Of a DNA stretch of 63,660 nt, positions 37,871 through 48,255 are shown piece after piece. The stretch is taken from positions 1-63,660 of the forward strand of contig JAJFKK010000088.1 of NCBI GenBank assembly GCA_021773245.1, given 5' to 3'. The DNA is from Gammaproteobacteria bacterium (GTDB lineage Bacteria > Pseudomonadota > Gammaproteobacteria > Eutrophobiales > Eutrophobiaceae). Both the position numbers and the translations under genes were made by a program. The first letter of the stretch is position 1, and every line of letters starts with the position of its first letter. A model generated the notes under the pieces. The model did no database searches. It had not been told where the DNA came from and saw only the letters and a program-made list of their open reading frames with translations.

Positions 37871-40570
37871 TTAAACAAGTTTTCCATGACACTGCTTATA
37901 TTTTTTACCTGAACCACAAGGACATGGTTCGTTACGACCTATTTTTGGTTTGTTGTTAACAAATGGTTTCTTAACTGGTGACGTTTGCTCAGAAGATTCA
38001 GGATTTAAACTGTTTGGAGCAGAAGCATGATTAAAATTCATATTTTGTTCGCGTTTTTTATTCTCTGCTTTTTCAACATCTTCTTCTGTTCGAACATTAA
38101 CTCTAGAAAGAAAAACAATTACATCATGCTTCATGTTTTCAAGCATATGTACAAATAAATCAAAAGCTTCTCTTTTATATTCTTGTTTAGGATTTTTACC
38201 TGCAAAGCTTCTTAATTGTATTCCCTGTCTAAGATAGTCCATATTTACTAAATGTTCTTTCCAGTGTCTATCGAGCACATCAAGCATAATTTGCTTTTCA
38301 ATGCGCCTCATTAAATCGGAAGTAATAACTTCTTCCTTATCTTTAACAATTTTATCCATTTCTGCATGAAGTTTTTCACGTAATGTTTCTTCATGTAAGG
38401 ATTTATCTTGCTCAAGCCAAGCATCTATCTCAACAGACAAGTCGAATTCGTGTTGAAATGCATCTTTCAAACCGTTAACGTCCCACATTTCATCCATACT
38501 ACCGCGTGGAATATAACTATCGATAACACCTTCAACAACTTCAAAACGCATATCATTTATTTCTTCTTCAACAGTTTCTTCATCAAGCAAACTATTCCTT
38601 TGTTCATAAACAACTTTTCTTTGATCGTTTGCAACATCATCATAATCAAGTAAATGTTTACGAATATCAAAGTTATGTGCTTCAACTTTACGTTGTGCAT
38701 TCTCTATCGCTTTTGTAACTAACTTAGACTCAATTGCTTCACCTTCATCCATACCTAATTTTTGCATGATTGATGAAATTCGATCAGAAGCGAAAATTCG
38801 CATTAAATTATCTTCTAGTGAAAGATAAAACCGACTTGAACCAGGATCACCTTGACGTCCAGCACGACCACGAAGTTGATTGTCTATACGTCTTGATTCA
38901 TGCCTTTCAGTACCAATAATATGTAGACCGCCATTACTTAATACTTGCTCATGTCGCTTATTCCAATCTTCTTTTAATTTTTCTATCTGTTTTTCGTCTG
39001 GATTATCTAGTGATTTAATTTCTGATTCAAAATTACCACCTAATACTATATCTGTACCACGACCAGCCATATTAGTCGCAATCGTAATTGCGCCGCGCTG
39101 ACCTGCTTGCGCAATAATTTCAGCTTCTTTTTCATGAAATTTTGCATTTAATACTTGATGCTTAATTTTTTCTTTATTTAGTAAATTTGATAAATATTCT
39201 GATACTTCTATAGATGCTGTACCGACTAGCACAGGTTGGCCATTTTCTTGGCAGTGTTTAATGTCCTCAATCATTGCTGCGTACTTTTCTTTTGCTGTTA
39301 GAAAAATAACGTCACTTTGATCATCTCGAATCATTATCATATTTGTTGGGATAATAACGACTTCAAGGCTGTATATTGATTGGAACTCGAATGCTTCAGT
39401 ATCTGCTGTACCTGTCATTCCAGACAGCTTCGTGTATAAACGAAAATAATTTTGATAGGTTATTGAAGCTAATGTCTGATTTTCATTTTGAATCGTGACA
39501 TTTTCTTTTGCTTCTATCGCTTGATGTAAACCTTCTGACCAACGACGTCCCTGCATAGTACGACCGGTAAACTCATCGACAATAACAATTTCATCATCTT
39601 TAACAATATAATCAACATCAGTTTTAAATAAATGATGTGCTCTTAAAGCTGCATTTAAATGATGAAGTATACTTATGTTAGCAGGATCATATAAAGTTTG
39701 ATCTTCTTTCAAAACATTATTTTCTATTAAAAGCTTCTCAATATGATCGTGTCCGTCTTCAGTAAAATATACCTGTTTAGATTTTTCATCTAAAGTAAAA
39801 TCGCCAGGTCCATCTTCAACTTTCTGAACTACTAATTTTGGAATTAGTGCGTTAATTGTAAGGTACAACTCAGACTTATCATCAACCATTCCTGAAATGA
39901 CTAATGGTGTTCTCGCCTCATCAATAAGAATCGAATCTACTTCATCAACAATGGCAAAATTCAAATCTCGTTGTACACGACCTTCATTACTAAATGCCAT
40001 ATTGTCACGTAGATAATCAAAACCAAATTCATTGTTCGTTCCGTAAGTGATATCACATTGATAAGCCAGTTTTCTTTCTTCAGTTGAAAGACCACTAACA
40101 ATTACACCTGTAGTTAATCCGAGGAAACGATAGATCTGACCCATCCATTCTGAATCACGCTTGGCTAAATAATCATTAACAGTAATAACATGAACACCCA
40201 AACCTGATAAGGCATTTAGGTATGCTGCTAATGTTGCAACCAAGGTTTTACCTTCACCTGTTCGCATTTCAGAAATATTGCCATCATGCAAAACCATGGC
40301 ACCAATTAACTGTACATCGAAATGACGCATGCCCAAGGAACGTTTTCCTGCTTCTCGAACCAAGGCAAATGCTTCAGGCAAGATTTCATCTAGGCTTTCA
40401 CCTTGTTTCAATCTTTCCTTTAATTGATTAGTTTTATCAGGGAAATCCTCGTCTCGTAGCAACTTTAATTCATCTTCGAGAGGATTTATTTGCTGGACTA
40501 TTTTACTTAATTTTTTTATTACTCGATCATTTCGAGTACCAAATATTTTTTTTACTAATCCTATAAGCAT
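37871..40570 (-). CDS. secA: Preprotein translocase ATPase SecA
   Basis: 899 aa. Walker A is MRTGEGKTL and the DEAD-like box is [16 protein letters not shown]. The C-terminal zinc motif is [14 protein letters not shown]. Confidence 0.98.
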   Translation of the reverse strand: MLIGLVKKIFGTRNDRVIKKLSKIVQQINPLEDELKLLRDEDFPDKTNQLKERLKQGESLDEILPEAFALVREAGKRSLGMRHFDVQLIGAMVLHDGNISEMRTGEGKTLVATLAAYLNALSGLGVHVITVNDYLAKRDSEWMGQIYRFLGLTTGVIVSGLSTEERKLAYQCDITYGTNNEFGFDYLRDNMAFSNEGRVQRDLNFAIVDEVDSILIDEARTPLVISGMVDDKSELYLTINALIPKLVVQKVEDGPGDFTLDEKSKQVYFTEDGHDHIEKLLIENNVLKEDQTLYDPANISILHHLNAALRAHHLFKTDVDYIVKDDEIVIVDEFTGRTMQGRRWSEGLHQAIEAKENVTIQNENQTLASITYQNYFRLYTKLSGMTGTADTEAFEFQSIYSLEVVIIPTNMIMIRDDQSDVIFLTAKEKYAAMIEDIKHCQENGQPVLVGTASIEVSEYLSNLLNKEKIKHQVLNAKFHEKEAEIIAQAGQRGAITIATNMAGRGTDIVLGGNFESEIKSLDNPDEKQIEKLKEDWNKRHEQVLSNGGLHIIGTERHESRRIDNQLRGRAGRQGDPGSSRFYLSLEDNLMRIFASDRISSIMQKLGMDEGEAIESKLVTKAIENAQRKVEAHNFDIRKHLLDYDDVANDQRKVVYEQRNSLLDEETVEEEINDMRFEVVEGVIDSYIPRGSMDEMWDVNGLKDAFQHEFDLSVEIDAWLEQDKSLHEETLREKLHAEMDKIVKDKEEVITSDLMRRIEKQIMLDVLDRHWKEHLVNMDYLRQGIQLRSFAGKNPKQEYKREAFDLFVHMLENMKHDVIVFLSRVNVRTEEDVEKAENKKREQNMNFNHASAPNSLNPESSEQTSPVKKPFVNNKPKIGRNEPCPCGSGKKYKQCHGKLV

Positions 40571-40652
40571 ACTTATTTATCTTTATTTATTACGTAATAG
40601 TCACGTACTGTTACGTAAAATGAATTATAGAGAGACGATAATTGCGGAATCG

Positions 40653-41585
40653 TTATTTCAAAGAAATATATTTTTTGGGGTTAACTGCTTTTCCATTGCT
40701 CACTACTTCAAAATGAACATGAGGACCCGTTGCTCTTCCTGACGAACCCATTAAGGCAATAACCTGACCTTGATCAACTTTTTGCCCAACAACAACAAGG
40801 TTTTTCTTATTATGCGCATAGCGTGTCTGGAAACCATTTCCATGATTTATTTCAAGCATATTACCATACCCATAGCGTACACCAGACCAAGTCACTATAC
40901 CGGAAGCGACAGTAAGTATAGGAGAACCTGTCTTACCAGCATAATCAATACCACCATGAAACTCCATCTTTCCTGTCATAGGATCTGCACGCATACCAAA
41001 TAACGAAGAAACCCAGCCATCAGTAGTTGGACTACCCGTTGGTAATGTTTGACTTTGCAAAGTCCTGTCAATAAGCATTGATTCCATTGCTGACAATTTC
41101 TCTGCACGATCCTGAATTTTTGAGTTAAGTTCTTCTAACGCGAGTAAAAAATCACTGACTTCCATTGAGCCATGAGAATCAGCTAACTTTGGTCCACCTA
41201 AACCTGGAGTAGATGCGACATCAAAATCTATTTCTTTTAGATCCGCCATGTCGGCCAAACGTGATCCTAATGCATCCAAACGCATAACATGAGATTGCAA
41301 TTTACTTAGTCTCGCTGCCAATGCATCAAGATTTTTTTCTGCATTTTCTTGAGCTTGGACAAGCATTTGTTTTTGAGTATCTATTTCTTGACTCCAAATT
41401 GGAGCTGTTTGACTGTATAAATTTTTGAACGAACCACGTGTTAAATTCAAGGCATAAAGACTACCCGCATGAAAAATTATCAAGCCAGTTGTGATGCTGA
41501 CAATTAGGCAAACACACAAAGCTACAGGCCCAAACGTTAGAGTCTGAGTTTTCTTTCTAGATTTTGATATTAAAAATAATTGCAT
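40653..41585 (-). CDS. M23 (LytM-type) metallopeptidase with N-terminal anchor and coiled coil
   Basis: 310 aa with an N-terminal TM helix. The coiled coil includes LDALAARLSKLQSHVMRLDALGSRL. LytM motifs are HGGIDYAG and GPHVHFEV. Confidence 0.9.
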   Translation of the reverse strand: MQLFLISKSRKKTQTLTFGPVALCVCLIVSITTGLIIFHAGSLYALNLTRGSFKNLYSQTAPIWSQEIDTQKQMLVQAQENAEKNLDALAARLSKLQSHVMRLDALGSRLADMADLKEIDFDVASTPGLGGPKLADSHGSMEVSDFLLALEELNSKIQDRAEKLSAMESMLIDRTLQSQTLPTGSPTTDGWVSSLFGMRADPMTGKMEFHGGIDYAGKTGSPILTVASGIVTWSGVRYGYGNMLEINHGNGFQTRYAHNKKNLVVVGQKVDQGQVIALMGSSGRATGPHVHFEVVSNGKAVNPKKYISLK

Positions 41586-41595
41586 AGTTAATGTT

Positions 41596-42087
41596 GTGCC
41601 AATTTTAAACCTGTATAATCACTATATGAACAAAGCTAATAATAAGAACAACTCATTGCCTATTAGCGAACTCTTAAAAGATAAGCGTTATCCAATTGCC
41701 GACCTTTGTGAAAAAGCAAATTCAATTCAAATAACAAATATCAAATTAAAAAAATACCTAGATCCTTCTCTACATGATTATTTTGAACTAGCAAATATAA
41801 AAACTGATGTTGCAACTATACTCGTTAGCTCTTCTACTTGGGCAACCCGCCTACGTTATAATATTCCAGCTATTCTTAATGTTCTAAATAATCAATTAAA
41901 TTTCACTTCTATAAAAACGGTCAGAATTAAAGTAAAGAAAATAATTCCGACTAACACTGCTCCACAAAAAAAACCGATATTCTTATCTAAGAACTCAGCT
42001 CAAATTCTTATTGATGTCGCAAATAATTTTAAAGATCCTGAATTACGAGAATGTCTTTTAAAACTATCCAAAAATCATATTAAATAA
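41596..42087 (+). CDS. DUF721 (DciA-like) protein
   Basis: The core ATILVSSSTWATRLRYNIPAILNVLNN fits the DUF721 pattern (L-V-V-xx-xxWAxxL...IL). It occupies the position between lpxC and the M23 peptidase/secA, as in pseudomonads. The likely true start is ATG 41626 (MNKANNK) rather than GTG 41596. Confidence 0.6.
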   Translation: MPILNLYNHYMNKANNKNNSLPISELLKDKRYPIADLCEKANSIQITNIKLKKYLDPSLHDYFELANIKTDVATILVSSSTWATRLRYNIPAILNVLNNQLNFTSIKTVRIKVKKIIPTNTAPQKKPIFLSKNSAQILIDVANNFKDPELRECLLKLSKNHIK

Positions 42088-42091
42088 ATAT

Positions 42092-43003
42092 CTAATCTAC
42101 AGGTATTGCCTGCATAAACGAAATTGGTGCTTCATTTTCATCTTCAAAGCTGACCAATTCCCATGAATCCTCATTGGCAATTAATTCACGCAATAAAGCG
42201 TTATTTAATGCATGTCCGGACTTGAACCCGTTAAATGCGCCAATCAAACTGTGCCCCAATAAATATAAATCACCAATTGCATCAAGAATTTTATGTTTTA
42301 CACATTCATCTTCATAGCGAAGACCATCTTCATTCAATATTCTATAATCATCAACGACGACAGCATTATCCAAACTCCCACCTAAAACCAAGTTTTTTTC
42401 GCGTAATAATTCAACATCACGCATAAAACCAAAAGTGCGCGCTCGGCTCACTTCTTTAACAAATGAAGTAGTCGAAAAGTCAATTTCTGCATGACAATTG
42501 TTGTCATTAAAAACAGGATGATCAAATTCAATTGTAAAACCTACTTTAAAACCATCAAACGGTTCAAACATCGCCCATTTGCCATCATCTTCTACACGAA
42601 CTTTTTTCTTTATTCGCAAGAATTTCTTCGGGGCAGATTGCTCTTCAATACCAGCAGATTGAATTAAAAAGACAAAAGGACCCGCACTGCCATCCATAAT
42701 AGGCACTTCATCAGCACTTAAATCGATATAGGCATTATCTATTCCAAAACCGGCTAGAGCAGAAAGTAAATGTTCAACAGTTGAAATACGTACATTATCC
42801 TTAACAAGTGTACTTGAAAGGCTAGTGTCACCAACATATTCAGGGTTGGCAGGTATCTCTACCGCTGGATCCAAATCAACACGTCGAAACGTGATTCCTG
42901 AATTCGCAGGTGCAGGCCTTAAGGTTAAAAATACCTTTTTACCTGTATGTAAACCTACTCCAGTTGCCCGGATGACATTTTTTAATGTACGTTGCCGAAT
43001 CAT
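42092..43003 (-). CDS. lpxC: UDP-3-O-acyl-N-acetylglucosamine deacetylase
   Basis: 303 aa. [25 protein letters not shown]-terminus and the HHxxxD-type zinc region are present. It lies downstream of ftsZ. Confidence 0.97.
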   Translation of the reverse strand: MIRQRTLKNVIRATGVGLHTGKKVFLTLRPAPANSGITFRRVDLDPAVEIPANPEYVGDTSLSSTLVKDNVRISTVEHLLSALAGFGIDNAYIDLSADEVPIMDGSAGPFVFLIQSAGIEEQSAPKKFLRIKKKVRVEDDGKWAMFEPFDGFKVGFTIEFDHPVFNDNNCHAEIDFSTTSFVKEVSRARTFGFMRDVELLREKNLVLGGSLDNAVVVDDYRILNEDGLRYEDECVKHKILDAIGDLYLLGHSLIGAFNGFKSGHALNNALLRELIANEDSWELVSFEDENEAPISFMQAIPVD

Positions 43004-43140
43004 TTTTACTAACTAAACTTATCCTTAATAACTAACTTTTATTCTTATCTATTTGTATTATAGGCAATTTCAGTGCCATTGCAGCATTTAGCTCAGAACT
43101 CCCCGAATTTAAAGCCTACTATACCACGTAAAATCAAAGC

Positions 43141-44274
43141 CTAGTCTGCTTGTCTTCTCAAAAATGCTGGAATATCAAGATAATCCGCATCTTTGCTACC
43201 GATATCATCTTCCGTCTCAACGGTTTGATTTCGCATAACCGTAGGCCTTTCAAGATCCCTATAATCGACATTAATATCGTCATTTTGAACCAATTTGACG
43301 CGAGATGCATCATCTTTAAGATTTCCGAGCCCAGTAGCGACGATTGTAACTCGAATATCACCCGACATTTCTGGATCAATCACCGTTCCAACAACAACAG
43401 TAGCATTATCAGAGGCAAATTCTTTGATAGTAGTACCAACTTCATCAAATTCACCAATCGATAGATCCATCCCTGCAGTAATATTAACCAATATACCTCT
43501 CGCACCAGAAAGGTTCACATCTTCTAATAATGGGCTCGATATTGCGGCTTCGGCAGCAATTTTAGCACGCTCCTCACCTTGTGCTTTTCCTGAACCCATC
43601 ATAGCCATTCCCATCTCAGACATGACAGTTCTGACATCAGCGAAATCCACATTGATCAAACCAGGACATGTGATTAACTCAGCAATACCTTGAACTGCAC
43701 CAAGTAATACATCATTCGCAGCACTAAATGCATTTAACAAACTGACATCACGGCCAAGCACGCTCAATAATTTCTCATTAGGTATCGTAATTAAAGAATC
43801 AACAAATTGGCTCAATTCGATAATCCCTTCTTCAGCAACAGCGCTACGCTTTTTACCTTCAAATGCAAAAGGCCTTGTCACTACTGCAACTGTCAAAATA
43901 CCCATTTCTTTTGCAACTTGAGCAACAATAGGCGCCGCACCAGTACCAGTACCACCACCCATTCCGGCAGTAATAAAGACCATATCTGACCCATCAAGTA
44001 CATCCATTAAGCGATCACGGTCTTCTAAAGCTGCTTGACGACCAACTTCTGGATCCGCTCCTGCACCCAGACCTTTCGTCATATTACTGCCCAATTGAAG
44101 TACGGTTTTCGCACCTGAATTTTTAAGTGCTTGTGAATCTGTATTTGCACAAATAAATTCAACGCCTTCTATATTGCCCCCCAGCATATGCTGAACAGCA
44201 TTTCCTCCGCCACCACCGACGCCTATTACTTTAATAATAGCCGCCTGATTAGCTGCATCGACTAATTCAAACAT
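43141..44274 (-). CDS. ftsZ: Cell division protein FtsZ
   Basis: 377 aa. GVGGGGGNAV and the tubulin signature GGGTGTGAAP are present. The C-terminal peptide is DYLDIPAFLRRQAD. Confidence 0.98.
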   Translation of the reverse strand: MFELVDAANQAAIIKVIGVGGGGGNAVQHMLGGNIEGVEFICANTDSQALKNSGAKTVLQLGSNMTKGLGAGADPEVGRQAALEDRDRLMDVLDGSDMVFITAGMGGGTGTGAAPIVAQVAKEMGILTVAVVTRPFAFEGKKRSAVAEEGIIELSQFVDSLITIPNEKLLSVLGRDVSLLNAFSAANDVLLGAVQGIAELITCPGLINVDFADVRTVMSEMGMAMMGSGKAQGEERAKIAAEAAISSPLLEDVNLSGARGILVNITAGMDLSIGEFDEVGTTIKEFASDNATVVVGTVIDPEMSGDIRVTIVATGLGNLKDDASRVKLVQNDDINVDYRDLERPTVMRNQTVETEDDIGSKDADYLDIPAFLRRQAD

Positions 44275-44308
44275 AACGTATCCTCCTAAAAAAATTAAAA
44301 TTTATTAT

Positions 44309-45544
44309 TTAAAAATTACCTTGAAACCAACTTTTCATTCTTTCAAACACACCTTTAACACCATCATTAATATGAATCGGCGTCATACCTTCTTGACTCT
44401 GCCTTTTACCAAAAATTAACAATCCCACTCCCGTTGCATAAATCGGACTTTTAACTACATCTGATAAACCTGAAACATATTGCGGAATACCTAAACGGAC
44501 TGGCATATGAAATATTTCTTCTGCAAGTTCGATTACGCCATCCATTTTCGAACTACCACCTGTAAGCACAATCCCTGCTGCAATCAAACTTTCAAAACCA
44601 CTTCGTCTCAATTCAGCTTGAACCAAAGTAAATAGTTCTTCATATCTTGGTTGAACAACTTCAGCGAGAGTTTGACGAGCGAGTCGACGCGAAGGTCTGT
44701 CACCAACGCCTGGCACTTCGATACTTTCATCATTATTTGCCAGCTGTGTTAGTGCACATGCGTATTGAACTTTAATATCTTCAGCATGTTGTGTCGGGGT
44801 ACGAAGAGCGACAGCAATATCATTGGTGACTTGATCACCAGCAATAGGAATAACAGCAGTATGATGAATAGCACCATCGGTAAAGACAGCAATATCTGTT
44901 GTGCCGCCGCCTATATCAATCATGCAAACGCCAAGATCTTTTTCATCTTCCGTCAAGACAGAATAACTGGATGCTAATTGTTCAAGAATAATGTCATCAA
45001 CTTCTAATCCACAACGACGTACACACTTAACAATATTTTGTGCAGCACTAACAGCGCCTGTGACTATATGAACTTTCGACTCAAGTCTTACGCCCGACAT
45101 TCCAATAGGTTCTTTAACACCTTCTTGATTATCGATAACGAATTCTTGTGGCAATATATGTAATATTTTTTGATCTGCTGGAATTGCGACAGCTTTAGCT
45201 GCATCAATAACACGGTCAACATCACTATAGGAAACTTCACTGTCTCGTATTGCTACAATACCGTGTGAATTCAAACTCCTTATATGACTACCAGCAATGC
45301 CAGTAAAAACAGAATGAATTTCGCAACCGGCCATCAACTCAGCTTCTTCAATCGCTCTCTGGATTGAATGCACTGTGGACTCAATATTCACCACGACACC
45401 TTTCTTTAGTCCGCGTGATTGATTTGAACCGATACCAATTATTTCAATTTCATCATCTACTGTAACTTCACCTACAATAGCAACGACTTTGGAAGTACCA
45501 ATGTCCAAACCAACAATGAGGTTTTTATCTGTTTTCTTAACCAT
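44309..45544 (-). CDS. ftsA: Cell division protein FtsA
   Basis: 411 aa, actin-like ATPase (GLDIGTSKV, DIGGGTTD). A C-terminal amphipathic helix is present. Confidence 0.97.
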   Translation of the reverse strand: MVKKTDKNLIVGLDIGTSKVVAIVGEVTVDDEIEIIGIGSNQSRGLKKGVVVNIESTVHSIQRAIEEAELMAGCEIHSVFTGIAGSHIRSLNSHGIVAIRDSEVSYSDVDRVIDAAKAVAIPADQKILHILPQEFVIDNQEGVKEPIGMSGVRLESKVHIVTGAVSAAQNIVKCVRRCGLEVDDIILEQLASSYSVLTEDEKDLGVCMIDIGGGTTDIAVFTDGAIHHTAVIPIAGDQVTNDIAVALRTPTQHAEDIKVQYACALTQLANNDESIEVPGVGDRPSRRLARQTLAEVVQPRYEELFTLVQAELRRSGFESLIAAGIVLTGGSSKMDGVIELAEEIFHMPVRLGIPQYVSGLSDVVKSPIYATGVGLLIFGKRQSQEGMTPIHINDGVKGVFERMKSWFQGNF

Positions 45545-45582
45545 ATATTATCCGCCTGATATCATGATGCAGAATTGTTTTG

Positions 45583-46335
45583 TTATTTTTTCCATTTAAT
45601 GGAAAAACCATTTGTATAACGCATATCTATTGATTCCGTTTGATCAATACGACCTGATATTGTTGTCGGAATCAATGTTAAAAATCGGTTAAACCGTTCT
45701 TCAAAATCACGTCGCCCTAAAACAATCTTAATGCCATTAGTGAGCTGAAAGGACCACGCTCTCCTTTCATTTAAAGTTAACGAAGCTATTTTAAAACCCA
45801 AAAACTGAACTCGTTCTTGCATACCATTAAAACGTTCAAGCAAAGTAACTTCTGTACCTTCTGGCCCGGATAGCAATGGTAACGCTGAAGGTATTGATTC
45901 AAGATCAGGAGAGAAATATTCGCCTATAGCATTCAGCAGGCCTGTATCCTTCCATCGAACAACAGGTACCTGTTCAATTACAATGACTCTTAATGCATCA
46001 GGCCAAATTCGTTTTACTGTAACTTCTCTTACCCAAGCTTCCTTAAGTAAAGCAAGCCTTACTGCATCCACATTAAGATTAAAAAAACCGCCGCGTACTT
46101 TATCTGTCACTAACAATTGCAAATCCACTGGGGACAAGTTAGTAAAGTCACCTTCGATTCGAACTTGTTTTATTGGTAAGGTATCGGGATGCGATAAAAA
46201 TGTTCCTCCCCACACCAATAAAACAGAAAAAATTAAAACAAAAACAATTCCAAAATATCGAGAGCCATGCGAATGAACGTTTTCTGATCTATCAAACTGT
46301 AATTTATTTGGGTTTACAACCATATCGATACTCAT
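45583..46335 (-). CDS. ftsQ: Cell division protein FtsQ
   Basis: 250 aa. Single TM helix, a POTRA region (IKQVRIEG) and an FtsQ-type C-terminus. Its start overlaps the ddl stop by 1 nt. Confidence 0.9.
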   Translation of the reverse strand: MSIDMVVNPNKLQFDRSENVHSHGSRYFGIVFVLIFSVLLVWGGTFLSHPDTLPIKQVRIEGDFTNLSPVDLQLLVTDKVRGGFFNLNVDAVRLALLKEAWVREVTVKRIWPDALRVIVIEQVPVVRWKDTGLLNAIGEYFSPDLESIPSALPLLSGPEGTEVTLLERFNGMQERVQFLGFKIASLTLNERRAWSFQLTNGIKIVLGRRDFEERFNRFLTLIPTTISGRIDQTESIDMRYTNGFSIKWKK

Positions 46336-47291
46336 TATTTTTGAACTCCCTTCTCAACTGTAGTATCTAGACTTGTAGCTAATATCTGGATAACTAATTC
46401 TTCAAAGGAAAGTCCTATATGTTTAGCTGCCATAGGAACTAAACTATGACTCGTCATACCTGGAACTGTATTAACTTCAATTAACCATGCTTGATTGTTT
46501 TTATCGATCATCAAATCGACACGACTCCAACCACTAACACCTAATGACCTACATGCTTGTAATGCTAATTCACCTAAACTGCTTTCTGTTTTTTCATCAA
46601 GACCGCAAGGGCAAATATATTTTGTGTCATCATCTTCGTATTTTGCTTTGTAGTCGTAAAAATCACGTTTTGTTTCGAGTTTAATCATAGGCAAAACAAT
46701 ATCCCCTAAAACCGGGATGGTATATTCATCACCCTCGATCCAACTTTCTGCCATTACATGATTATCAAACTCATTTGCTTGTTCCCATGCCGAGAATAAA
46801 TCATGCACTTCCGTCACTTTACTTGCCCCGACGCTAGAACCTTCTCTAACAGGTTTAACCATGATGGGTAATTTCAACTGCTCAGCAATTTGCTGCCAAT
46901 TACTTAGCTGATTTAATTCAACCGCATCAGGTGTAGGTAAACCAGCATTACTCCACAGAGCTTTACTTCGTGTCTTGTCCATAGCTAATGCCGAGCTCAG
47001 TACATCACTACCTGTATAAGGTAAGCCGACTGATTCTAATGCACCTTGTATTGTTCCATCCTCACCACCACGACCATGCAATGCGATAAAAACACGATCA
47101 AAATTATTACTAATTAATTGCTGAAATTCATTTTTATTAAAATCGATTGCATGAGCATCAATACCTGAATTACAAAGCGCATCATAAACAGCTCGCCCAC
47201 TTTCTAAGGAAATTGTACGTTCAGCAGATTCTCCTCCCATTAACACAGCTACTTTTCCAAAATCCGAGGCTTTATATTCAGGAAACTGCAT
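46335..47291 (-). CDS. ddl: D-alanine--D-alanine ligase
   Basis: 318 aa, ATP-grasp fold. ALHGRGGEDGTIQG and EVNTVPGMT motifs are present. Confidence 0.96.
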   Translation of the reverse strand: MQFPEYKASDFGKVAVLMGGESAERTISLESGRAVYDALCNSGIDAHAIDFNKNEFQQLISNNFDRVFIALHGRGGEDGTIQGALESVGLPYTGSDVLSSALAMDKTRSKALWSNAGLPTPDAVELNQLSNWQQIAEQLKLPIMVKPVREGSSVGASKVTEVHDLFSAWEQANEFDNHVMAESWIEGDEYTIPVLGDIVLPMIKLETKRDFYDYKAKYEDDDTKYICPCGLDEKTESSLGELALQACRSLGVSGWSRVDLMIDKNNQAWLIEVNTVPGMTSHSLVPMAAKHIGLSFEELVIQILATSLDTTVEKGVQK

Positions 47292-48253
47292 TATTGCTCA
47301 CTCCTAAATTCACCAATTATCCTGACTTCTGGAATCAATTTAATTGCATGCGTTTCATATACTGTTGCTTGTACTAATTCGATTAAACTTTCTATATCTG
47401 ATGAAGTGGCATTACCTGTATTAATTATAAAATTTGCATGTTTATCAGAAACTATCGCTCCACCTATTTGCTTTCCTTTCAATCCACATATATCAATCAA
47501 CCTTGCTGCATGATCATTTTCAGGGTTTCTAAATACGGAACCACAACTGTGTTGGCCTAAAGGTTGTGCATCAGCACGTTTACTCAATAAATCTTTTATA
47601 TTTTTTTCGACAGTATTTTTGTCAGACACTTCCAACTCTAAAGCACAAGAAACAAACCATTCATCTTCTGCAAGTGATACGCTGCGATAACCAATTTCAA
47701 ATTGATCTCTAGAATAAAATTGCCGTTGACCATTTCTATTTACTGTTTCCACATGTTTTACATAGCGCCAAATATCACCGCCATAGGCACCGGCATTCAT
47801 TGCTAAGGCTCCACCAATTGAACCGGGAATAGAAGCTAAGAACTCAATGCCCGTTAAACCATGTTTAGCTGCTAAACGCGCTGCTTTTGCACAAGTAACT
47901 CCCGCACCTATTTTCATTTCATTTTCATCACTACACTCAAGCTCATTGAGAACACCTAAAACAGAAACAACCACCCCTGATAGACCACCATCGCGTACTA
48001 ATAAATTACTGCCAAGCCCTACCCAAGTCACCGGCATATCCTCTGGTATACTAGCCATGAAAACTGATAAATCTTCAATATCATCTGCAATATAAAAATA
48101 CTGTGCTGTACCACCTGTTTTCCATGACGTATGACGTGACATAGGTTCTTGCTCTAGCAATTTTCCTTTAAACAAAGTTTTATCAAAATCGATATTCATA
48201 CTGTTATCAAAAACCGTCTGCATTTGCTGTATTTCATTTTCTATACTCAACAA
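47291..48253 (-). CDS. murB: UDP-N-acetylenolpyruvoylglucosamine reductase
   Basis: 320 aa. FAD-binding domain (GLGSNLL). The catalytic-region motif GSVFRNP is present. Confidence 0.95.
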   Translation of the reverse strand: MLSIENEIQQMQTVFDNSMNIDFDKTLFKGKLLEQEPMSRHTSWKTGGTAQYFYIADDIEDLSVFMASIPEDMPVTWVGLGSNLLVRDGGLSGVVVSVLGVLNELECSDENEMKIGAGVTCAKAARLAAKHGLTGIEFLASIPGSIGGALAMNAGAYGGDIWRYVKHVETVNRNGQRQFYSRDQFEIGYRSVSLAEDEWFVSCALELEVSDKNTVEKNIKDLLSKRADAQPLGQHSCGSVFRNPENDHAARLIDICGLKGKQIGGAIVSDKHANFIINTGNATSSDIESLIELVQATVYETHAIKLIPEVRIIGEFRSEQ

Positions 48254-48255
48254 AA

